A stretch of 63,192 nt of DNA, filler included, from Chiloscyllium plagiosum (Eukaryota), in NCBI RefSeq assembly GCF_004010195.1. It is 4 parts of one record of this genome, joined end to end, with 100 filler letters (N's around TTAATTAATTAA, not from the genome) between each part and the next. Parts side by side here need not be neighbours in the genome. Positions count along the whole stretch, not along the records: positions 26,286 to 52,191 come from NC_057712.1; 3 more parts are not named here. The stretch is one strand, 5' to 3'. The notes under the pieces were generated by a model that had not been told where the DNA came from, did not search any database, and saw nothing but the letters and a program-made list of their open reading frames with translations. This document shows, one piece after another, positions 26,960 through 36,156 of this stretch. Every line of letters begins with the position of its first letter. Within the stretch, counting starts at the first letter, position 1. Position numbers and translations under genes: made by a program.

Positions 26960-28320
26960 ATGGGTGGGAGCGCAGCCGAAAACCTAGATTGGGGGCCAGA
27001 GGGTTCCCTTACCCATTTTATAGCAGACAAGAATAGGACACTTATTAAGGCTATGCTTCGCTCAGGCTGGGAGCCCGCTGACCCGCTGGATGTACAGCGC
27101 GAGTGGTGGGCCCGCCAGAAGAAAGATAGTTACGAGAAAGCTTGCGTCCTGGTGCTGCAGGCACACGTCAGGCTTGCTGGCAAGGTTCAGCTTTATGTCC
27201 AACACAAGAAGCAGCAGGCCACGGAGCATCTAGAAGCCCAGGCGCTTGCTGCCTGTACGGTTTTACCGACCTTAACCGATGCACTCAGCACCCCGCCGTC
27301 TCCCACCTGGGACTGGGAGGGGCTCACGGACAATCAGGACCCCCGGGAATCGTGCTCGGGCTATGCCCGTGAAGCCCCGGTAAAAGTTGAATATACCCCG
27401 GGGGGAGAGGGGACGGGCCACGACCCTTGCCCAAAACCCCCGCTTTAAGATGACGTATGTCTCCCTGATCCCGGGCGACACCATGAAACTTCTGGACAGC
27501 TCCCCGCCCTTAAGCCCCGGCACAATAACGCAGAATTTTCGCAGAGGCTTAGGGAGATGCAGATCTGCCACAACCTTCACAATAGGGACGTGGCCGGCCT
27601 GGTTCGGACCAAACTCCCAGAGAACCTGTGGTCCAGGCTCCGGGCTGCGCACCAGGCCGGGTCCTGGTGCGCTGACCTCAGCGACAACCGTCGCGAACAG
27701 GAGGTTGCCCTTGCCGACTTCAAGGCTGATGTCAGTGAGGTGCTCGGCCATACACTGGTCGACTGGAACGCCATTGTGGGTATCACTCAGAAGCCTGGGG
27801 AGGGCGCCCAGGAATATAGGGTCCGCAAGTTCGAGGCATTCCGAGCGCACAACGGGGTTCCCGACGCTGATAGGCAGAACCCCGCATTCATTTAATTATA
27901 CAAAGACGGTCTGAGCCCGCACACCAGGCAGTCCTATGGACGGGCCTGGTGCCCTATGTCACCTTTGCGGAGCTTGAGAACTGGGCCATGTCCCTTGACA
28001 ACCGAGTGGCGCCCGCCGTTGCGGAGTTTCGACGGTCGGACCGGACGTTTGCTTCCGCTGCAAACAGCCGGGACACCGAAAAGGCCAATGCCCGCTCTCT
28101 TCCGGACGTCCCTGGGGCCAAAAGGGGGGCCGGCCACCCTCACAGCCGCACTCTTCACGTCCCCACAACCAGGAACGCCCCAGACAAGAGGTCGACAGCG
28201 ACCCCGGACCTCAAAGGACCCGCAGCCCAAGCCCGAAACCCACCACCCCCCGACTGGGAACAGCTCAGTCGGGGCCAGCTGCTCGAGCTTTTACAGATGC
28301 TCGCTCGACGCAAAGACTGA
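26960..28320 (+). pseudogene. gag: Retroviral Gag (about 5 frameshifts and a stop at 27893-27895)
   Basis: Kozak CCTACCATGG and MG N-terminus (possible myristoylation). Capsid MHR-like DWNAIVGITQKPGEGAQEYRVRKFEAF. CCHC knuckle CFRCKQPGHRKGQC at 28050-28091, in a frame not shown in the ORF track. Ends ..LLELLQMLARRKD-TGA. Confidence 0.85.
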
Positions 28321-28700
28321 GTAGCGTCGGCCCCCATCCCGGGAGCCGGCCTCCGTATCTGGGTTTCCGCATCGCTAGGGGGCCGCCAATGCAAGGTTTT
28401 GATTGATACGGGGGGGTGTCGGTCTCCCTCACCGACCTCGACCTTCCCTCAACCCACCACTCCACTTCCATTAAAGGGGTTGGGGGTGCTCGGTTATTGC
28501 ACGCCGAAGCGAGGCTGAACTCTTAGAGGTAGACAACATTTTACTCCCCGTACATTTCTGGGTTTGCCCAAACTCGGAGGGGACGATCATGGGTATCGAT
28601 CTCCTGGGCGAGCTGGGGGCGGTGGTGGATGCGTTCCACCGTCGCCTCCTGTGGACATCCTGCAATCTTCACAAGAGCTCTCACGAGGGGAGATGGGTGC
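28321..28700 (+). pseudogene. pro: Retroviral aspartic protease (two 1-nt deletions in G runs)
   Basis: LGGRQCKVLIDTGG (DTG at 28405-28413), flap IKGVGG and helix IMGIDLLGELGAVVD. Confidence 0.88.
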
Positions 28701-29190
28701 CCACTAAATCCGTCGCTACACTTGCACCTAGTGTGCCCGTTGCCCGGGACTGGGCCAAGGACGGTGCCTTTGGAGCCGTCTGCCAACTAGTCCCGGAGGT
28801 GTGGGCCACGAGCAAGCAGGACTGCGGCCTCGTCCGTTCTCCTCCTGAGCGGATACCCGGGCCCGTACACGCCCCGCACCGACAATACCCGATTAAACCT
28901 GAGGCGCTGCGCGCCACTGAGGCAATCGTTGCCGAACTCACCCGACACGGCGTCCTGCGCCTGACAGTGTCCACCACCAACTCCCCTATATGGCCAGTCC
29001 GGAAGCCGGATGGCAGCTGCAGGCTCACCCTCGACTACACGGCACTCAATAGGGTCACCCCCAAAGAACACCCTATAGTAGCCAGCCCGACCACCATCTT
29101 CAACGGCCTCGAACCCTCACATCGGATATTTACGGTCCTGGACGTGGAGAATGGCTTTTGGTCCATTCCCCTGCACCGCGACCAGCAGGA
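28701..29190 (+). pseudogene. pol: Reverse transcriptase N-terminal part (ends before YxDD)
   Basis: RQYPIKPEA, NSPIWPVRKPDGSCRLTLDYTALNRVTP, FTVLDVENGFWSIPLH. Confidence 0.92.
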
Positions 29191-29410
29191 CATCAGGGAC
29201 CAGGCAAAACTGCAACCGCATCTGCCCGCCCAACCCCTTCCCGGCGTTGGGGACAAAGTCCTGGTCAGGGCCGCCCCCGATCGGCCTGGCTTCGCCCCCC
29301 GGTGGCTGGGACCGCACTAAATCATCCTCACCAGCGACACGTGCGCCTGTGTCGACATGAAGGGAAAGGGCAGGTGGAAACACTGGTCCCAGCTTAAGCC
29401 CTACCCTTAA
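29191..29410 (+). pseudogene. pol: Integrase C-terminal (GPY/F, SH3-like) domain, with an internal stop at 29318-29320
   Basis: VGDKVLV..PRWLGPH*IILTSDTCACVDMKGKGRWKHWSQLKPYP*, in the same frame as the RT. Confidence 0.85.
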
Positions 29411-29448
29411 GCCCCAACCGGACAGACACTACCCCCCCCCCCCCCCGA

Positions 29449-29574
29449 CTTGACTCTACCCGCCCCTCTTTCTCCTTACAGTGCAACGGGTGGACCGGTT
29501 CCAGGGAGACCTGCTCCTACACACACTAACTCTACACCCTTGGTAAGGGTGCCTCTCTCCCTCTCTTCCCACAG
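29449..29574 (+). promoter_or_regulatory. Two tandem splice acceptors upstream of env
   Basis: Branch-like CTTGAC (29449-54) + CCCCTCTTTCTCCTTACAG| (29481); branch CACTAAC (29524-30) + CCTCTCTCCCTCTCTTCCCACAG| (29574), 3 nt before the env ATG. Confidence 0.7.
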
Positions 29575-29577
29575 ATC

Positions 29578-31684
29578 ATGCTTCACCGGTGCACCACTCT
29601 CCTCCCTGCTCTCCTCTTCGCCCTACGACTGGCGCCTTCCTTCCCCGAAATACATGACAACTTCTACCGCCACGGTGTTGCCTTCAACGCGTCCGACGCC
29701 ATCTGTATTCCTGCAAGGGACAAGCCTGATGTGATCGACGCGTTCTACAACGCCTGGCTGGAGACACTCTGTTTATTCTGCACGATGGAGCGCGACCCGC
29801 GGCCGACCTGCCTCCGGCGTGCTGAGGCGATGGACTTGGGAGATTGCATGTTCGGGACAATGTATGCCATGCCGGAGGACCTCTCCTCTGCCCCGGCATT
29901 TGATGCCTTTACTGTATGGGATTTGTCTGTTTGCGGATATTACGAGCCTACTGATGCCGCGGTAGTCTCTTTGTATTTGTGTTTTCCACCCGTCCCGACC
30001 ACACCGCCCCCGACCACGATTCCCAAGATATTGCCATGCCCCTCCCTGGGACCGGGACCCGCGGGGGGACTGGTATTGTGGGATGAGGGAGAGGCCCTTT
30101 ATGACAACGTCCGACACGAGGTCGTGCCTGTGCTGGTCAATATATCGGGCATCCGGGTACCGGACTATTGCACAGCACAGGTACGCAACCTATACGCCAT
30201 GATGGGGAAGGAGGTTATAGAGAGGGCCATAGATGCCATGGGGCCAACCCACTACCGAAATGACATACATAACACACACACACACACAACGACACAGACG
30301 GGACGTAGTCTGTGCTCTCACAGGACTCAACACGGGAACATCCGTAGTAAACTCCCTAGACATCCAGGGCCTTAACGAAAAGGTCGAGCAACTAAAAGGG
30401 GTAATGAGGGACCTGCTACAGAGGTCTCTCACAAATCAGGCAGACCAGGCACGCCTGGGGGAAGAGGGAGCGTACATCCAGCTCAATGGCATTGCTGTCC
30501 TGGAGACACACGCCCACACCATTAACCGCCTTATAGACCAGGAAAGAGAAAACACGGCCCATATCAACGAGGGGCAGCTGTGCCATGCGTATGGCCTGTG
30601 GATGGTAGCCAAGATCTGGCATAATCTTGACCAGGTCCAAAGGGGGGAGGTGCCCGACTGGATTGACAGTGCCAAACTGGCCTCACTCGCGGGGCGCTCC
30701 GGGCCGCTCGACAGCCGGACTCTGAAGGGTATGACCAGAGTATAGCCAGTGGTTCCCGACTGTGAGGTCAGTGAGGCGACAGGACTCGGGATTGTCCTCC
30801 TGATCCCCGTGGTCACCCCAGAGTCGCGTCCATTTCCCCTGTTTCACATTGAGAACATCGGAGTCATACGGGAAAACGCTTCCCTCAAATATCGATTAGC
30901 TCACCACACAGCCATATCTCGAAACGGCGCTGTGTACGGGGTGCCGCTTACAGGCTGCAAGCAGCGAGGGGCGATTACCATCTGCCCTCACCCCTTACGA
31001 AGGAGTGAAACAGCGGACTGCGGGTTCAACCGGACACAGGGCTGCACCCTTGAAATCGAACCCACGGGCCCCCACTTCACTAGGGCGGGGTATGGTGGGG
31101 GGGGATGATACTGTGTCTCCACTCTTGAAACCTCATTTTGGTATAATGGACTGCAGTGCCCGATTCCCCAGCATGAGTTCTGCTTCACTCCCAGGCGCCC
31201 AGTCACGGTTGAGCAAGCTCACATCTCAGAAGTCCGACAACGGAACCCCGAGTCCATACAAATTACTGATAAATTCAGGGACACCCTTAGGAAATATCAG
31301 GAGCCTGAACAAGCCCCCATCCCACATTTGGCTGAGGTCTTACGGGAGCTTAGGACCCGGGTAGGACACTCAGTGAAATTGTATCACCAGTTGCAGTCGC
31401 ATGTAAAGGACCTAGAGGAGGACACAGACACAGCTCTGCAGTCCCAGGGGTGGGCGCAGAGGGTGTGGGATTGGGGCCTGAACGTGAACATCCATCCCTG
31501 GATCCGAATCATCTTGCACACCATTGTAAGCATACAATTACTGCTGGCTCTGGCCTGGCTCCTGGTGGCATGTCATTCATGCCGCCAGCACAAAACTTGA
31601 AAGGCCAGGAAGACCATGCTCCACGCCATCGACACCTGGCGGGCGATCAGGCACCGTGAGCTCATAGGGCTCGAGTTAACGTGA
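29578..31684 (+). pseudogene. env: Envelope glycoprotein with F-protein-like class I fusion architecture (1 frameshift at ~30280; stops at 30743 and 31106; ends at 31600 or 31684)
   Basis: Signal peptide MLHRCTTLLPALLFALRLAPS; furin site RHRR (30290-30301); fusion-peptide-like DVVCALTGLNTGTSVVNSL; heptad IQGLNEKVEQLKGVMRDLL; Cys-rich CKQRGAITICP..CGFNRTQGC..YCVST..CP..FCF; second heptad LRELRTRV..LQSHVKDLE; TM IILHTIVSIQLLLALAWLLVAC. Confidence 0.88.
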
Positions 31685-31806
31685 CCTTCTCCCGGGACTG
31701 TCCAAAGGCCCCATGACTGCAGCATGACAGCCGGCGGAATGTACCGGGCGAGGAACCGACTTTTTAAATATCGGCATCGGGGGTGTGGACGTGTCCAACC
31801 CATTGC

Positions 31807-31818
31807 AGAAAGGGGGGA
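31807..31818 (+). promoter_or_regulatory. Polypurine tract
   Basis: AGAAAGGGGGGA followed by C and then TG, the LTR start. Confidence 0.85.
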
Positions 31819-31819
31819 C

Positions 31820-32551
31820 TGCAAGCGGGCATCAGAGCCGCCCTGCTTTTGCCACGGGACTATGCCTACATCAGGAAACGATAAGAATTCATTTTTGTGT
31901 TTTAAACAGCAGTCGCAGCTTTAAACCCACAAAAACTCAGCAGCTACCGGTCCGCCCACGTGACTGGGAGATAGGAGACAGAGGACAGATAGAATCCATA
32001 CTAGACCAACATTACCCATGACTCATGGACCAAAACTCCGGAATTAATTAAATATGGAAACCTATCTCCTAATCACATCAAGAGACTGACTGAAACACAC
32101 CCATACCCATCGATACGGAGCCATCCTGACACAAAGGACAGGCATCCACCAGACAGGAACGGACAGACCAATACACACCAACACCCCAAGGGAACAAAGG
32201 GGGGTGCTAGCCCCTGCCCTTACAGATAATACAAGCAGATAATATCCGGACCCGTTTTACATAAACCAATTAGCACCCTATTTTGCGTGCCCTGCAACTC
32301 TCCTGAGACGGCAGGAAACAGCCTATTCGCACCTACTCCAGTGATGATGGGGAACTATCATCCCATTCATCCTCAAATCCCACACATCCTGACAACTAAA
32401 AGTATATAATATGAAGCTGCACGCGGGAACAGCAGAGCAGCCGAGATTCGGACCTCGGTTGGTCTCCGCCGGCGTTACTGTAGTAATAAACGTTACCGAT
32501 TGTTGAACTGCACTCTGGGCTCGGACTGATATCATTTCATCCAAGCTAACA
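31820..32551 (+). repeat. 3' LTR of the ERV (~730 bp)
   Basis: TGCAAGC...GCTAACA imperfect terminal inverted repeat, CCAAT at ~32266, TATATAA at 32403-32409, AATAAA at 32485-32490. The 3' boundary is inferred because no second LTR is available for comparison. Confidence 0.75.
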
Positions 32552-33649
32552 GGGGTATGGTGGCACAAGGTCAGATCTGGGTATTTAGGGGTTGGTGGGT
32601 GGGTGGGGGATGTGGAGTAGAAAGGAGGGAAGAAGAGGTGTGCCCATGTTTTAGACAGAAAAATCCTAGTCCATTATTTCTTGTGTAACTGCCTCTGTAA
32701 AAAGAAAAGTCCAAACTACCCAAGATCTCCAACTCAGACTCAGTCGGAGACGTTACCGAAGGCTCCTGGGGAAAATCAGGAAATTACCTAGCAAATTTCA
32801 TGAGCAAGTCCCAAGAAGTCAATGCATCAGGATCTCTGTAAGGTCTGACACATATCTTGGGTTGTAGATTGGCTGAAGATTGAAGTTCTGGGTATATTTG
32901 ACAATGGTGTTAGAAAGGAGATTGAATACATGGAAAACAGAAAAAAATATACAGGACTTTGTGGGGGAAGTGGGAAAGAAGTGCAGGTGAATGTACAGGC
33001 AGGAGGAGGGTGTCTGGGGATTCTGTGCTTTATCATTCTATGAATTTGTATTCAACTTCAAAAGTGGCAGGAGAGTTTATGCTAAATGATGTAAGTGCTT
33101 TTCTCTTCTAATAATCCCCAGCAATATTAATACCTTAGATAGTCAATCTCCATTATCTCAGAAATTTAGAATAATAATTTAAATGTGTGAAGATAAAGTA
33201 AATGTTTAAGTGCATTGAGTTCTAACCCACCCAGGCTGCCAATGATTAGATTCGTTCTTTTGATGGCACAAAATACCTGTTCTGAGAAATTCACATTGGC
33301 CTAACATCTGAATAGCTGCTTAACTCAGCAACTAGTTAAATGCTAGAGCCACAATGGAGGCAGATATGCAAGATTGAGCAGGGAATTCACTGTCTGGGTC
33401 CTGATGTGACTCCTCCCATCTTCAATTTGAACCAATAGGGCAAGTGTAATGACAAGGACACCCATCTGGGTTCAACCCATTTGTACATTCAAATCTGCAG
33501 ATGCAGTTCAGGCTGATATCATCCCAGATCTCAGCTGCAACTCAAGGGACCTGACACTAGAAAGACTTGTGGCCTCTCCACCTGACTAGAACATAGCAGA
33601 GAGAAAACTTGAGAGCAGAGGAGGCCATTTAGGGGAGGCTTTATTCCTT

Positions 33650-33955
33650 TATCTTTGTTTACAAGTCATTAAGAAAATCTGGTGCTTCATGCTCTCAGGA
33701 CACATTCCAAAGCATTTAACAGTCAAAAAGGTACTTTTGAGGTGTTGTTCTTGTTGCAAGTTAGATAAGAACATTTTCCAGAGTGAGGTAGCAAACAGCC
33801 ATGTAACAGTGAACCAATAGGTAGTCTGTTTGTAAGAATTCTGATTGAAAAGTAGGCACAAATCCTCTGTTTTTCTTTGAAATTAGAAGCTGTTTCATCC
33901 ATTTGGGAGGGCAGAAAATTAAAATTGCATCTGAAAGAGGGCGACTGTTAAACAC
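33650..33955 (-). mobile_element. Old DeuSINE-like SINE (similar relics near 8160-8400, 9410-9780, 39040-39200)
   Basis: CCAAAGCATTTAACAGTCAAAAAGGTACTTTTGAGGTGTTGTTC.TGTTGCAA resembles the Deu-domain core as I recall it. Confidence 0.4.
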
Positions 33956-33959
33956 TTCT

Positions 33960-34812
33960 AGGATGTTGCAGGTTACAGAGGGACATAGATAAGCTGCAGA
34001 GCTGAGCTGGGAGGTGGCAAATGGAGTTCAATGCAGAAAAATGTGAAGTCATACACTTTGGAAGGAGCAACAGAACACTGAGTACTAGGCTAATGGTAAG
34101 ATTCTTGGCAGTGTAGATGAGCAGAGAGATCTCGGTGTCTATGTACATAGAGCTCTGAAAGTTGCCATCGGGGTTGATAGGGTTGTTAAGAAGGCAAATG
34201 GTGTGTTAGCTTTTATTGGTAGAGGGATTGAGTTTCGGAGCCACAAAATTATGGCTGCAGCTGTACAAAACTCTGGTGAGGCTGCACATGGAGTATTGCA
34301 TACAGATCTGGTCACCGTATTATAGGAAGGATATGGACGCTTTGGAAAGGGTTCAGAGGAGATTTACTAGGATGTTGCCTGGTATGGAGAGAAGGTCTTA
34401 TGAGGAAAGACTGAGGAACTTGGGACTTCTTGGAAAGAAGAGAGTTGAGAGGTGACTTAATTGAGACATGTAAGATAATCAGGGGGTTAAATAGGGTGAA
34501 CAGTGAGAGCCTTTTTTCCTCAGATGGTGATGGCTAGCACAAGGGGACCTAGCTTTAAATTGAGGGGTGATAGATATAGGACAGATGTCAGAGGTAGTTT
34601 CTTTACTGAGAGTAGTAGGGGCATGGAACTCATTGTCTGCAACAATCGTAGACTTGCCAAATTTAAGGGCATTTAAATGGTCATTGGATAAACATATGGA
34701 TGAAAATGGAATAGTGTAGGATAGATAGGCATCAGATTGGTTCCACAGGTCGATGCAACATTAGGGGCTGAAGGGCCTGTACTGCGCTGTAATGTTCTAT
34801 GTTCTATGTTCT
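33960..34812 (+). mobile_element. CR1/HER1 LINE 3' fragment
   Basis: LQLYKTLVRLHMEYCIQIWSPYYRKDMDALERVQRRFTRMLPG; tandem TGTTCTA tail. Confidence 0.9.
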
Positions 34813-35861
34813 ACTGTACGTACTGCACCGGGATTATAGGGACTGTGTTTGCTACCACGTCAACTACTGGGGTGTATTCAACTATTCATCTTTCCCAAAC
34901 TAAACCATTTACCACCAGTTTCTGCTTTAACACTAAAATAAATCATATTACAAGTGGCTTAATGTTTTGTGTGCTACAGCCATTTAAAGTTGCATGTTAT
35001 TTTTAAATTTGAGAGAAAATTATGGAAAGCAACCCTATTACTCACTCATAATAATATAACATAGGCTAATTTCCTTGCTCATGTGCTAACATTTCCATCC
35101 TTGGCATACTACAGTGCTCCCATTAAGCTCAATGCAAGTTTGAGGAACATCTTGTTTTCCATTGAGGTACATTACAGTTTTTCAGACTCAAGATTAAGTT
35201 CCACAACTTTCAGTACCTGACCTTCATTGACTGGTTTTTGTTTTTAATATTACCTCGGCCATGATCTGTTGGCTTTGGTTTTAGTAGGGTGGACCTATTC
35301 TGCTTTCCACAGCCAACACCTATACTTATCTGACATCTTTATAAATTCTTTATCACTATTATCACTGTCTTGATCTTTTGATGTGGACACTCTCACAGTC
35401 TGATCCACTTGCTCCATTTATAACAAGCATAAAATTACTATTTTCCAGCTCTTTCAGTTCTAAAGATGTCATATCATAAGACCATAAAATGGAAGATCAG
35501 AATAAGGGCAATCAGCCCATCAAGTCTGCTCCACCATTCAATCACGGCTGATGTGCTTCTCAACTTCATTCTCCCATCTTCTTCCCATGTCCCTTGATCC
35601 CCTAAATTAGGAACCTAACTACCTCAGTTTTAAGTACAATCAATGAATAAACTCAAAATGTCATCTCTTTTCTTCTATCTTGCTGCCAGACTTCTGAAGT
35701 CTCTCCAGCAGTTTCTCGTTTTTGTTTCAGATTTCCAATACCCATAATATGTTGTTTTTATCACCACTCACCATTGTAGAAACTGACCTATCCATGCAGA
35801 GACAGCTAAGAAGTTCATTTTTAAATGGAAAAAATGGTCATTAATATGTTCTACTTATGGA

Positions 35862-36090
35862 ATCAGAGTCACCAGCACAGAAATAGACCCTTCCGTTCAA
35901 CTCCTCCATGCCGACCAAGTTTCACAAACTAAAACCAGCTTGACCCATATCCATCAAACCTTTCCTTTTCATGTACTTGTTCAAATGTCTTTTAAATATT
36001 GTAACTGTACATGCATTTACCACTTCTTCTGGCAGTTCATTCCATATATGAACTACCCTGCGTATGAAAACGTTATACCTCAGGTCCCTT
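35862..36090 (-). mobile_element. CR1 3' fragment
   Basis: RRVVHIWNELPEEVV..IFKRHLNKYM. Confidence 0.8.
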
Positions 36091-36156
36091 TCTGAGAAAT
36101 AAATTTCCATTTATAATATATCATTTACTACGATATCAATTGCAAACAAGGTGTGG

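Larger units (their letters stand above)
26286..32551 (+). mobile_element. Endogenous retrovirus (internally deleted, lokiretrovirus-like); 5' LTR and PBS not seen, probably lost in the gap
   Basis: Abrupt GC/CpG-rich block with leader, gag, pro, partial RT, IN C-terminus, env, PPT and LTR in retroviral order. Confidence 0.92.

Noticed and set aside
26346..31824. Many overlapping minus-strand and alternate-frame ORFs across the ERV (e.g. 27272-27850, 30436-30816)
   Set aside because: Expected shadow ORFs of GC-rich coding sequence, with no motifs; no support for an antisense gene.
31724..32021. Short ORFs between env and the LTR or in U3 as possible accessory genes
   Set aside because: Only 66-78 aa, they cross the PPT/LTR boundary, and they show no recognisable features or clear acceptor.
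26286..32551. Classification as a foamy virus based on RT similarity
   Set aside because: The CCHC zinc knuckle, in-frame gag-stop-pro arrangement, short env signal peptide and lack of space for tas/bet argue against it; phylogeny is still needed.
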